The notes below the pieces were generated by a model that saw only the letters and a program-made list of their open reading frames with translations, had not been told where the DNA came from and made no database searches. A DNA stretch of 64,000 nt from Minisyncoccia bacterium (lineage in GTDB: Bacteria > Campylobacterota > Campylobacteria > Campylobacterales > Arcobacteraceae), in contig JBGSBO010000001.1 in NCBI GenBank assembly GCA_041730535.1, forward strand, positions 19,843 to 83,842, in the 5' to 3' direction. Shown in pieces: positions 1 to 9,257 of the stretch. The translations under genes were made by a program, and so were the position numbers. How positions within the stretch are numbered: position 1 is the stretch's first letter; the number at the start of each line of letters is the position of its first letter.

Positions 1-1
1 T

Positions 2-556
2 GATAAAAAAACAGCAGCTCCTTGGCAGAGTCAGCCAATCTTTGGAGTATTACCTGCAAATGTTGGATTACCTCCTTATCATGGAAGATGCAGAACACAA
101 ATAGAACCAGTTTGGATAAATGAGACTATAAAAGTTGATTCAAAAACGGGTAAAGAATATAAGATTAGAAACACAAAAGATGATAAAAACTATAAGCTTA
201 CTCATATAGATAAAACAGGTGTGGAAGTAAATATCAAAACAAATATATATGATAAGATTGTAAATATAAAACATAACCTAACTGAGAAACAATTAATTGG
301 GGCTTTGAATAGTATAAAATATAAAGCACCACATAAGATTACAGGTAGGCATCCAAATGAGCATATAAAAAGTGTTGCTTTAACAAAAGATGGATATACG
401 CTCATTTACGAAGCAAATGAATTGGTTTCTTGTTATCCACCAACAAGAAGAGAAAGTAGCTATTTTAATGATAATGCAATACTTGGTAAAGTAACAGATG
501 TTGATACAGGTGAGATAAAAGAGAGGGTTAAAAAATGGTACGAAATTTTAATATAG
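2..556 (+). CDS. MuF/SPP1-gp7-like head morphogenesis protein, C-terminal part (5' end outside window), with ~150-aa extension
   Basis: Frame is open from position 2, reads ...LPPYHGRCRT... (MuF-type PPxHxxCR motif, nt 71-97) and runs in frame into the listed 221..556 ORF. Confidence 0.75.
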   Translation, partial: DKKTAAPWQSQPIFGVLPANVGLPPYHGRCRTQIEPVWINETIKVDSKTGKEYKIRNTKDDKNYKLTHIDKTGVEVNIKTNIYDKIVNIKHNLTEKQLIGALNSIKYKAPHKITGRHPNEHIKSVALTKDGYTLIYEANELVSCYPPTRRESSYFNDNAILGKVTDVDTGEIKERVKKWYEILI

Positions 557-903
557 AAATTAGTGTAGATTATGGTTGGGAACTTGATGTTTTTGGTTTT
601 AAAGGTCCTTATGGGGATTTTAAACCAATAGAGGAAGCTCCTACAACTTTTGGGATATGTGTTAAAGAAGATGATAAATTAATGGCTTTATATGACCCTT
701 TTTGTCCGAGAGATGAAGCTATAAAAGAAGCAAATGAATTACCTATATTTCTTGAAGAGTGTAATTTTTATGATGAGTTTAATGATTATAAATTTAAAGG
801 CACTTTTGTAGATGCTTTGATTTATATTCAAAACAAATACATAGAATATAAACTTCCAAGCTTGGAAGAAATAGCTAAGAAAAAAGAGGAAAAAGAAAAA
901 TGA
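535..903 (+). CDS. Small acidic hypothetical protein; candidate immunity protein for the MuF extension
   Basis: 122-aa ORF overlapping the MuF stop; role inferred from position only. Confidence 0.55.
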   Translation: MVRNFNIEISVDYGWELDVFGFKGPYGDFKPIEEAPTTFGICVKEDDKLMALYDPFCPRDEAIKEANELPIFLEECNFYDEFNDYKFKGTFVDALIYIQNKYIEYKLPSLEEIAKKKEEKEK

Positions 904-1319
904 GCCACAACATAGATAGTTTTAATAAAATAGTTGCTTTTACACTTGCTAAAGCTTATGAACAATTTCCTTGTGTTTGTAGCATTAGTTTTGATGAAAT
1001 GGTTAAATTGGTTGAATATGGTTGCAATGGTATAGATACAACAGAAACTGCTAAAAAAGAGTTTATAAAAAGCTGTATATATTGGTTAGATGAAGAGGTT
1101 GAGTTATTAAGAGTAAGTGAGGGCTTTAATAATAAGCTTGATATTAAATTAACTATAAAAGGACTTCAACATTTGAAAAAGACCCCAAAATCTTTAGAAC
1201 AAAATATAGGAAATATTCTACTTAATAATACAAAACAATATTTAAAAGATGGCATGACAAAAGGGATAAATGAGGCTATTAGCTTTGGAATAGATAGCTT
1301 GATGGAGAATTTACAATGA
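900..1319 (+). CDS. Hypothetical phage protein (moron-like)
   Basis: 139-aa ORF with ATGA overlaps to both neighbours. Confidence 0.6.
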   Translation: MSHNIDSFNKIVAFTLAKAYEQFPCVCSISFDEMVKLVEYGCNGIDTTETAKKEFIKSCIYWLDEEVELLRVSEGFNNKLDIKLTIKGLQHLKKTPKSLEQNIGNILLNNTKQYLKDGMTKGINEAISFGIDSLMENLQ

Positions 1320-1729
1320 TAAGTGATATAGATAAAAACCATATTGAAGCTTTTTTATTTAGAGTTGGAAGTGAAATAGTAAATGATGCAAAAGATATAG
1401 CACCTTTTGCAACTGGAAATTTACAAGCGGACATACAAGTTTGGAAGGATAATATCTCTAATCTTGAAATAGAAATAGGAAATTCATCCACAACAGGAAC
1501 AGGAAAAGAAAACCCTGGCAACTATGCTCTATATGTTCATGAGGGAACTGGAATATATGCAAGAAATCAAAGTAAAACAAATGGTAGGCTAAAAAAAGGC
1601 GGAATAAAGCCTCAACCATATTTAGAAAATGCAGTTAATAACTATGACTCAAAACCAGCTCTTGATGACTTGGGCGATAAAATCTGCGAAGATGTTTTTG
1701 AAAATATTAAAAAAGGTTTTAATAAATAA
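1316..1729 (+). CDS. HK97 gp10-like neck/tail-completion protein
   Basis: Motifs AKDIAPFATGNLQADI, YALYVHEGT, KPQPYLENA are typical of the family. Confidence 0.75.
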   Translation: MISDIDKNHIEAFLFRVGSEIVNDAKDIAPFATGNLQADIQVWKDNISNLEIEIGNSSTTGTGKENPGNYALYVHEGTGIYARNQSKTNGRLKKGGIKPQPYLENAVNNYDSKPALDDLGDKICEDVFENIKKGFNK

Positions 1730-1734
1730 AATAT

Positions 1735-1755
1735 TTTGCTTGTGAAATGTAAGTA
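1735..1755 (+). repeat. Internal copy of the prophage-end 21-bp motif (TTTGCTTGTGAAATGTAAGTA)
   Basis: Matches copies at 19930-19950 and 20602-20622 and the inverted copies at 20654-20674 and 20676-20696. Confidence 0.7.
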
Positions 1756-1758
1756 AAT

Positions 1759-3345
1759 TTACATTTCCATAGCACCACCTCCACTTGCTCCCTCTTCAGT
1801 TCCACGTCCTAGCACATCTAGCTTTTTGCACGCAAGTGCTATTGACCAAAATCTATCTGCATGACCGTTCTTATCTTCATTTGAAAAATAAACCATTTTT
1901 TTAGCTCCAGCTTTTCGCTTAATAGAGTGAATATCAGCAATTAGATTTGGGTCATTTGGAATAGTTATAAGCTTATCTTCCATCATCTTTTTAAGATTTA
2001 AAACCATAAACTCTTTTGAACTAGCTGTAAAACTTACACCCTCAACACGAGAGGGATATTTACTCTCAAACCCTTCTGATAAATCCATACCAATACCTGT
2101 TCTATCTATTCTCATATTAGAGTTTTGATATAAAGTCAAATGCTCTCTTAATACTGTTTTTTGACTTTCAAAAGTAGCATTTTTAAAACTATCTAAAATC
2201 GCTAATACATATCTGCCTTCCACTTTTTCCAATGCACTTAATACTGATAAGTGTTTCGTTCTTCCAATATCATAACCTGACCATAATATACTTTTTGTAT
2301 TCGGTGCATAATACATATAATCTTTAACACAAGATTTAATAAGCGATATAGGGAAGAAACTTGCCTCATCATCTGCAAAGATACATTCATACATCATACC
2401 CCAAGAATCAGCATCAAATAAATCTTTTAAAATATCAATATCTACATCAAGCCCATCTTTAACAGCATCATAGATTGTTGTTTTATGTCTACTAAACATA
2501 TAATATTTAACTTCATCGATACAAAGCTTATGGAATAAACTATCTTGCTCAAATGGTGTTGAAAGTATTGTAATTCTTGCTTGTGTCTCTCCAGCTTTAA
2601 CAGAGGTAATAGATGGAACAAAAGCCTCCCAAATCCTTTTTGGATTTAAATACCATGCAAACTCATCCATCCAAACAGAACCTGAAAAACCTTGAATAGT
2701 TCTAAAGTTATTTGCAAAAATATAAATAGTTGCACCACTTGGTGTTTTTATTTCACTTGTACTACCACTTAAAGCTAAACCTAATTTTTCAGCATGTTTA
2801 TAAATCTCACTATGCCATTTTAAAGCTTGAGTTTCTGAAGCTGATAAGATTAACTGGTCCATTCCAGACATTGCATCCACAAGACACTCTCCAGCACATC
2901 CATAAGTAGCACCAATTTGTCTACTCTTTAACCAAAGTCTAAATCTACTCTCATCTTTAATAAAATTTCTTTGATACTCATATAGTCCATAATCAGCAGC
3001 TAACATCTTTTCTTTTAAAGCTTTTACATCTGCACTATATGTAATTTTTGGTTTTACTTTTTTATCTATTTTTTTAGATTTCTTTTCCAATCTCTCAAGG
3101 GATTTTGTAAGCATTGCTAGTTTTCTACTATTTGCTTCTGTTGGAGCTCTTTTACTTAAAGTAGATATTTGTTTTTCTAAGTTTTCTCTTGTTTCTATAT
3201 TTACATCTTTATCTTTTGTCTTTTCAATCCAACCATAAAGAGTAGCTCTATTTTTAATCCCTAGCTGTTTGCATACATCAGTAATTGGAACACCAGCTTT
3301 TATAAGATTTAACGCTTCTTTTTTAATATCTTCATTATAAGCCAT
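1759..3345 (-). CDS. Terminase large subunit with N-terminal HTH (P2 gpP-like architecture)
   Basis: N-terminal HTH, Walker A LKSRQIGATY, Walker B WMDEFAW, nuclease motifs GYDIGR and GHADRFW. Confidence 0.9.
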   Translation of the reverse strand: MAYNEDIKKEALNLIKAGVPITDVCKQLGIKNRATLYGWIEKTKDKDVNIETRENLEKQISTLSKRAPTEANSRKLAMLTKSLERLEKKSKKIDKKVKPKITYSADVKALKEKMLAADYGLYEYQRNFIKDESRFRLWLKSRQIGATYGCAGECLVDAMSGMDQLILSASETQALKWHSEIYKHAEKLGLALSGSTSEIKTPSGATIYIFANNFRTIQGFSGSVWMDEFAWYLNPKRIWEAFVPSITSVKAGETQARITILSTPFEQDSLFHKLCIDEVKYYMFSRHKTTIYDAVKDGLDVDIDILKDLFDADSWGMMYECIFADDEASFFPISLIKSCVKDYMYYAPNTKSILWSGYDIGRTKHLSVLSALEKVEGRYVLAILDSFKNATFESQKTVLREHLTLYQNSNMRIDRTGIGMDLSEGFESKYPSRVEGVSFTASSKEFMVLNLKKMMEDKLITIPNDPNLIADIHSIKRKAGAKKMVYFSNEDKNGHADRFWSIALACKKLDVLGRGTEEGASGGGAMEM

Positions 3346-3437
3346 TATTTAGCCTTTTTTCTTTTTATTGATAAATCTATCGAATAAAAATAGTTTGAAG
3401 TTTTTAAACGGGTTTTAAACGGCTTTACATTCATTTT

Positions 3438-4532
3438 TTATTTACTCTTAATTCCTAAAATCTCTCTAGCGTCTTGTTCTGTTATAATTCTTCTATCCAC
3501 AAGAGCTGTTACTAAATTTGTATCATCTTTAAAGTTGGTTACATCAAGTGGTTTTACTTTATGTTTTATTCCAACTCTTGCAAAGAAATCTTCCAGCAAA
3601 TCTATTTTAGGATTTAAAGTTGTTTGTACAAAAGAGTGCAATTGGTCTATTAATTCAGTTCCACCACCTAGCTGTCCAGCTGCTATAACTCCCACAAGTC
3701 TTGGAGGAACTCCATGAGCTGCTATTATTTCATCTCTATTTACTTTTTTTAAACCTTCCCAACTCATGTCTTCTACTTGATCTAGTCTTTCAAAATTTAT
3801 TTTGGCTGGACTTTCTCCCTCTTTATTTTTTCCAGTCCAAAAAAGCATACTTTTATGGGCGTTATTAACTCCTTTGAAGTTATTCCCAAAGAATTGCTTA
3901 GCTGCTGTTTTTTGTTCTTCACTTGGTGCTGCATTTTCAAAACTTACAATCATCCCTGGTTTTGCACCATTATCAAAAAACGAACTATTGTATTGGTCAG
4001 CTTGTTTGGTGGTTTTTATAGAAATTAATTGAGTAAGGTAATCTGGTTCTCCATAATATTTAGACATGGGAGAATAGTATTTAAGATGATAACCTTCTAG
4101 TTTAGAACATTGATTAGAACTATTTAATTGATATACTTCTTTATTTCTATTAATTCTGCCTTGAACTCCTAAAATATTATAAAGATAGAAGTTATTTGGC
4201 GTTCCAGCTTTTTCTAAAAAGCTATTTCCATATAGTTCTAAGTCTGTTACAAAGGATAAAAGAAATTCTTTAACATATTCTTTTGGAGGAAGATATTTAT
4301 CTAAACTGGTTTCTAAAACTTGCGATAACAATGAAGCTTTTAATTTAATACTTCTTTGATGATAAACATTATAATAATAGAACTGTCGTAAAAGTTTAAA
4401 ATTTACAAAAGGTTCAATATATCCATAGCTAGTAATATAATCATCTTCTATTAACTGTTGAGATTGTGAACCTGCTTTTAAAATTATTCCATCCAATGTG
4501 TTTTTCCTTGCAACCATTACAACCGCACACAA
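3438..4532 (-). CDS. Portal protein, PBSX/P2-Q family (true start may be a downstream ATG or TTG near 4517-4499)
   Basis: DLELYGNSFLE, YYGEPDY, FFDNGAKPG and RDEIIAAHGVPPRLVG motifs. Confidence 0.9.
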   Translation of the reverse strand: MCAVVMVARKNTLDGIILKAGSQSQQLIEDDYITSYGYIEPFVNFKLLRQFYYYNVYHQRSIKLKASLLSQVLETSLDKYLPPKEYVKEFLLSFVTDLELYGNSFLEKAGTPNNFYLYNILGVQGRINRNKEVYQLNSSNQCSKLEGYHLKYYSPMSKYYGEPDYLTQLISIKTTKQADQYNSSFFDNGAKPGMIVSFENAAPSEEQKTAAKQFFGNNFKGVNNAHKSMLFWTGKNKEGESPAKINFERLDQVEDMSWEGLKKVNRDEIIAAHGVPPRLVGVIAAGQLGGGTELIDQLHSFVQTTLNPKIDLLEDFFARVGIKHKVKPLDVTNFKDDTNLVTALVDRRIITEQDAREILGIKSK

Positions 4533-4695
4533 CTATCCCATTTTTAGGCATAAAGCGGTTGTAATCTAAATTTCACACATTCTAATATAAATTTTTTTTT
4601 CAAACATTCTACTTGTATACATATAGAGTGATTTTGAAAAGCAAAACCTATAAAATGCCCCTATTGATTTTACAAATACCTAAAAAGGAGGAAAG

Positions 4696-5514
4696 GTGCC
4701 ACGCTTATCTAATATAGCAATTACACATATTTCTTTAGTAAAAGCAGGTGCAAATAAAAAGTCGATTATTTATAAGTCGAGTGAAAAAGAGCCTGAATAT
4801 AACAAAGAAATATCGTTTAAAAAAAGTGATGATGAAAAAGGTATCGTTTATGGAATTGTTTACGCTCCTGAACAAAAAGATACTGATGGAGATTTTGCAA
4901 GTGCTGATGAGATTATAAAAGCAGCTTATTCTTTTATGAAAGAGAGAAACACAACAAATGTTGACAAACAACACTCTTTTGAGAATGTTGAAGCATTTGT
5001 AGCTGAGTCTTGGATAGTAAAAGAAAATGATTCTGTTTTTCCAGATGAGCCTGTTGGTTCTTGGGCTGTTGCTATTAAGCTTGAAAATGAAGAGCTTAAA
5101 AAAGCTGTAAAAGATGGTGATATAGCAGGTCTTAGTATGGCTGGAACCGCTATTAAAAAAGAAGATAAAGAACTAACTTTAAAAGCTGATGTAAAAACAT
5201 TTTCTTTAAATGATTTGGTTGATGCATTTAAAAGCATGTTTAGTTCTACTTATGTGAATATATCAGGAAATGCTTATTCCGATGTAAATAAATCTAACAA
5301 GGAGAATACACAAAAGATGGAAAAAGAAGAGATTGAAAAGGCTTTAAATGATGCACTTGAACCTTTGAAAAAAGAGATTAATGCTTTAAAAACAAAAAAT
5401 GATGATTTAGAAAAAAGCAATAAAGAGCTAGAGGAAGCTTTGAAAAAAAGCAAACAAGATAATAATCCATTAGAGATTAAAAAAGAAGCAAACTCAATAA
5501 AAGGAATTATGTAA
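4696..5514 (+). CDS. XkdF-like prohead protease/scaffold
   Basis: ISLVKAGAN, VYGIVYAP..DTDGD, VAESWI and GLSMAG motifs; C-terminal coiled coil; AGGAGG RBS. Confidence 0.8.
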   Translation: MPRLSNIAITHISLVKAGANKKSIIYKSSEKEPEYNKEISFKKSDDEKGIVYGIVYAPEQKDTDGDFASADEIIKAAYSFMKERNTTNVDKQHSFENVEAFVAESWIVKENDSVFPDEPVGSWAVAIKLENEELKKAVKDGDIAGLSMAGTAIKKEDKELTLKADVKTFSLNDLVDAFKSMFSSTYVNISGNAYSDVNKSNKENTQKMEKEEIEKALNDALEPLKKEINALKTKNDDLEKSNKELEEALKKSKQDNNPLEIKKEANSIKGIM

Positions 5515-6434
5515 TGGAAGACGATTTTTTAACATTAGACGGTATTTTAAAAGCAGATACAAAACCAACCGATGTAACTTTAAGTGGACAGTTAACTCCA
5601 CAACAAGCAAGAACATTTATTAAAGCTATTATAGATAGACAATCTATTTTAAAAAATGTTACTGTTGATATTTGCTCTAAGCTTACAAAAACAAGAACTG
5701 CTTATGATATTGGAAAAGGTGTTTTAAATAGACATGTAAGTGGTCAAGCCGTACCTGCAGATGCTATGAAAAAGCTTGGCGTAATTGGTTGTACTTTAGA
5801 TATGACAAAAGCAGTTTCTTTAAATGCAAGAATTTTACAAGAAACTATAAATGACAACAAAGATAACCCTGATTTTGAAAAAGAGCAATTTGAAGGATTC
5901 TCAATTGCCTTTACAAATGATCTTGATTATTTAGGTATTGCTGGAACTGCTGATAATCCAGCAGCAAATGCACCATTTGCTGAATTAGCAAAGGGCTGGG
6001 TAACAGTTGCAAAAGAGAGTGCAACTGTTAAAAAAGTTACAACTACAAAAACAACTGTGGTAGAGCAGCTTAAAGTGGTTGTGCAAAATCTACATGAAGA
6101 TGTAAAAGGTGGAAAAGCAGAGATCAATCTAAGTGCAATAGATTATGATGCATATCAACTCGAGGTTTCTGAAGCTCATCCAAATTCAGGAGCCATAATA
6201 AATGGTGGAATTAATACTTTCCTTGGCTACAAGTTAAATCCAAATTCTAATATGGAAGCTGGAGAATATCTCGCAACTATTCCTAAAAATATGGTTTTTG
6301 GTATTGCTACACAAATTGAGAGAAACAGATGGTATGACAATGAAGCCTCAGCCTTAAGATACAAATTTGTTGTTTATTGTGATTATGAATTTGATATTCA
6401 TAAATATGTAACTTTTGTTGAGTATGTAGCTTAA
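5514..6434 (+). CDS. Major capsid protein (P2-N/XkdG-like)
   Basis: Follows the protease; GQLTPQQARTFI, F.NDLD..GI.G, KGW and TIPKNMVFG motifs. Confidence 0.8.
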   Translation: MEDDFLTLDGILKADTKPTDVTLSGQLTPQQARTFIKAIIDRQSILKNVTVDICSKLTKTRTAYDIGKGVLNRHVSGQAVPADAMKKLGVIGCTLDMTKAVSLNARILQETINDNKDNPDFEKEQFEGFSIAFTNDLDYLGIAGTADNPAANAPFAELAKGWVTVAKESATVKKVTTTKTTVVEQLKVVVQNLHEDVKGGKAEINLSAIDYDAYQLEVSEAHPNSGAIINGGINTFLGYKLNPNSNMEAGEYLATIPKNMVFGIATQIERNRWYDNEASALRYKFVVYCDYEFDIHKYVTFVEYVA

Positions 6435-6443
6435 GAGTAAAAA

Positions 6444-6776
6444 ATGATAACTATTCAATCTCTTAAGACCTTATTTCCTCTCTCGCTAGAAGATGAAAAA
6501 ATACAAGCTCATCTAAATAGAGCAACAAGGGATTATAAAAATATAGAGTTTGAAGATGAATCACAAGAGCTAGAGGTAGTAGGTAGTAAAACTATTTATT
6601 ATCTTGCTCCACTACTTTGGGTTGATATGCAAAACAGAGTTCAGGAATATGCGGAATCAATATCTAGTTTTAAAGATATTAAGAGTTTCCAACAGATCTG
6701 GCTAGATAGAGCAGAAACGGCAATATCAAAAGTGAATGTGGAAAATGAGGATGGTATTTCATGGAATGTTATATAA
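6444..6776 (+). CDS. Putative head-tail connector/head completion protein
   Basis: Size and position after the capsid gene. Confidence 0.5.
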   Translation: MITIQSLKTLFPLSLEDEKIQAHLNRATRDYKNIEFEDESQELEVVGSKTIYYLAPLLWVDMQNRVQEYAESISSFKDIKSFQQIWLDRAETAISKVNVENEDGISWNVI

Positions 6777-7057
6777 GTGAAGCTGAGGCTAAAAAAGCTT
6801 TAGAAGATATTGCTAAAGCTTTTACAAGCAATTTTTTGATTTATGTTAGAAAAAGAGCAACAAAAAGTCCTATAAGAAAAGCAGTGACTTATGCAGTTGT
6901 TTTTGTATATGACGAATCCAATGAAGAAATCTATAACGCATTTTTAAAATACGATGTAGAAGAAAATAAAGAAACAAAGATTTTACAGTCTGAGACTTTT
7001 TTGGAAAATACAACAAAAAAAGAGGTCTTTTTTGTAGAGTGTTTAGTTGGGATTTGA
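6761..7057 (+). CDS. Hypothetical virion protein
   Basis: ORF in the late operon with GAGG RBS. Confidence 0.5.
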   Translation: MECYISEAEAKKALEDIAKAFTSNFLIYVRKRATKSPIRKAVTYAVVFVYDESNEEIYNAFLKYDVEENKETKILQSETFLENTTKKEVFFVECLVGI

Positions 7058-7066
7058 GGTTAAAGT

Positions 7067-7375
7067 ATGAATTTTACACTAAGTTTGAATGAGATTTTTA
7101 ATATTGTGGGTGCACTTTTATCTTTGGGAGGTATCTATGCTTATATTAAATTTACAACTGCTGAAAACAGTAAAAAAATAAATGAGCATAATGTAACAAT
7201 CAAAAAACTTGAAGAAAAATGCAACAACATGATAGAAGAGGATAAGGCATTTAAAACTTTTGTAACTTTAGACATCTACAACCAAAGAAATGAACATTTA
7301 GCAGAAACAATGGCTGATATTAAAAATCAAAATAACACAATTATAAATATATTGACAAAGGGAAGTCATGCTTAA
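7067..7375 (+). CDS. Single-TM coiled-coil phage protein (lysis-module-like)
   Basis: N-terminal hydrophobic helix followed by a coiled coil; adjacent to the holin. Confidence 0.55.
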   Translation: MNFTLSLNEIFNIVGALLSLGGIYAYIKFTTAENSKKINEHNVTIKKLEEKCNNMIEEDKAFKTFVTLDIYNQRNEHLAETMADIKNQNNTIINILTKGSHA

Positions 7376-7916
7376 TTTTGGATTGCAATTATTACTTTCT
7401 GCAGCTCCTAGTATCTATAAACTTTTTACAAGTGAAGATAAAACTGAAGCGGTGAAAGACTTAACAAAAAATGTACTTACAGGTGCATCTGATTTAATTG
7501 GTGTGGATTTAAAAACAAAAGATGATTTAGTTAAACATCTTGGTGAAAATCCAGAGCTAGTGATTGCTCTTAAAAAAATTGATAATGAGTTTGCACTTAA
7601 GATTGAAGAACTAAAGCTTGAGAGTAAAAAACTTGATTATGAGAATGAGCAAAATCAAGAAGAGCAAATTACAGAAAGATGGAAGAGTGACAACTCTGCT
7701 GACAGTAGATTTGCTAAATTGTTAAGACCAGGATTAACTGCATATCTAGTTCTTGTAGTTACTATTTTAGCAATTTTAGATGGAAATGTTGGAGCATTCC
7801 AAATCAAAGAAGTTTGGGTTTCATTATTTGCAACTTTATGTGGTACAGCCGTTGGTGGTTATTTTGTGCTAAGAACTTATGAAAAAAGAACTGGTACATC
7901 AGTATGGAAAAGATAA
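7368..7916 (+). CDS. Holin, GTA 3TM-like family
   Basis: ERWKSD..ADSRFAKLLRP followed by two TM helices and GYFVLRTYEK. Confidence 0.75.
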   Translation: MLNFGLQLLLSAAPSIYKLFTSEDKTEAVKDLTKNVLTGASDLIGVDLKTKDDLVKHLGENPELVIALKKIDNEFALKIEELKLESKKLDYENEQNQEEQITERWKSDNSADSRFAKLLRPGLTAYLVLVVTILAILDGNVGAFQIKEVWVSLFATLCGTAVGGYFVLRTYEKRTGTSVWKR

Positions 7917-7934
7917 AAAATTAAAAGGAAGAAA

Positions 7935-8135
7935 ATGAAGGTAAGAGCCTTAGTACCATTGAATCACAATGATAAAACAGTAGAAGTTGATGAAATTATA
8001 GAATTAGAAGATGAAGTTGCTGCTAAAACACTTATTGAAGCAAAAGCAGTTGAAGAAGTAAAAGAAACAGTTGCTCCTGTTGTTGGAGCTACTACAAAAG
8101 TTTTAGTTGAAAATAAACAAGGAGAAGCAAAATGA
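7935..8135 (+). CDS. Small virion protein
   Basis: 66 aa, AAGGAAG RBS, MKVRAL..L.HN pattern seen in small phage head/tail proteins. Confidence 0.55.
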   Translation: MKVRALVPLNHNDKTVEVDEIIELEDEVAAKTLIEAKAVEEVKETVAPVVGATTKVLVENKQGEAK

Positions 8136-8686
8136 TAACAACAGGTAGTAGATATATCGGTGGTGGAAAACTATTTTTTAAATCAAGCGTATCAGGTTCA
8201 ACTGAGGTTGAGATTGGAGAGGTTCAAGAGGCTACTTTTAATATTGGAGTAACAACAAAAGATGCATTTTCTAAAGATGAAACAATGAAAAAGTTAGTTG
8301 AAAAAGTTGCAACGGAAATTAATGCAACAATAAAATTTACAACGCAGATCCGTGATGCAAAAAATATGGCATTAGCTCTTCTTGGAACTGCATCAACTGA
8401 GACTTTTGCAGTTGGTGCACTTTTACCAGACGGTACAACTGCAACTGCAATAACTGTAGTTCCAGTAATTAATGCGGGAACTACTCCAATAGTATCGGGT
8501 CAATTAAAATTTGTAGGTGATGCAAAAGGTGTAAAAAAACCAATTTTATTAATCTATGAAGCTGTTATTACACCAACTGGAGATATTGGATATATCGTTG
8601 AAGATTTTACAACACTTAGTTTTGAAGGTGCAGTACTACAAACTCCAAGTGGTTATGCAAAAGAATACACAATGACGGTGGCTTAG
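8132..8686 (+). CDS. Major tail tube protein (non-contractile tail)
   Basis: YIGGGKLFF..EIGEV pattern, beta-rich, upstream of chaperones and TMP; no sheath gene. Confidence 0.75.
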   Translation: MITTGSRYIGGGKLFFKSSVSGSTEVEIGEVQEATFNIGVTTKDAFSKDETMKKLVEKVATEINATIKFTTQIRDAKNMALALLGTASTETFAVGALLPDGTTATAITVVPVINAGTTPIVSGQLKFVGDAKGVKKPILLIYEAVITPTGDIGYIVEDFTTLSFEGAVLQTPSGYAKEYTMTVA

Positions 8687-8687
8687 A

Positions 8688-8999
8688 ATGAATTTAAATC
8701 TAGATATTAGAAACAGAGAGTTTATTGAAATAGAAATAATTAAAGATGAACAAACACATGTTGTAAAGTTTTACAAACAAAATGGGAAGCAAAAAAAAGA
8801 ACAAAGAGATATGCTAAGAAAAGAAGAGACAAGAGTTTATGAAGTTGAAGAGCTGCTAGAAAAACAATTCTATGAACGATTAAAAGGGGATGAGAAAGTA
8901 ATAGATTCAATCAAAAAATTCTATGATGAAAATGGAGATATTGCTGAGTTTATGAAAGAGTGTGAAAATGCACTGGGAAAGCTAAAGAAAAAAGCTTAA
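8688..8999 (+). CDS. Tail assembly chaperone (gpG analogue)
   Basis: Lies between tube and TMP; ends ...LGKLKKKA with a GGGAAAG slippery site. Confidence 0.8.
   Translation: MNLNLDIRNREFIEIEIIKDEQTHVVKFYKQNGKQKKEQRDMLRKEETRVYEVEELLEKQFYERLKGDEKVIDSIKKFYDENGDIAEFMKECENALGKLKKKA
8975..8981 (+). other. Programmed -1 ribosomal frameshift heptamer G GGA AAG
   Basis: Same heptamer as lambda G-T, in the correct phase; the -1 frame is open into 9005..9232. Confidence 0.85.
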
Positions 9000-9232
9000 A
9001 TAACTTGGTTAGATTTATAAAATCTAACCAAAAAGATAACGGTATATTTAAATATGAACTTGAAACTTCTTGGGAAATGATGGTTTATAAAATGTTTTGT
9101 TTGAGTAGAAAATCAAATGGCTTTGGTGTAGAAGTAGAGTATCAAGTTGTTAAAGATTTCTGCAAAAAAGAAGATTTAGATTGTATTTACTTTTTTGAGA
9201 TTTTAAAAAGTTTGAATGCAAGGGTTAGTTGA
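8975..9232 (+). CDS. Frameshift extension of the tail chaperone (gpT analogue)
   Basis: -1 frame from 8975 reads GKAKEKSLNNLVRFIK... with no stop until 9232; the listed TTG start lacks a clear RBS. Confidence 0.75.
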   Translation, partial: GKAKEKSLNNLVRFIKSNQKDNGIFKYELETSWEMMVYKMFCLSRKSNGFGVEVEYQVVKDFCKKEDLDCIYFFEILKSLNARVS

Positions 9233-9257
9233 TTTATAATGAAAGGAGAGTTAGAAG

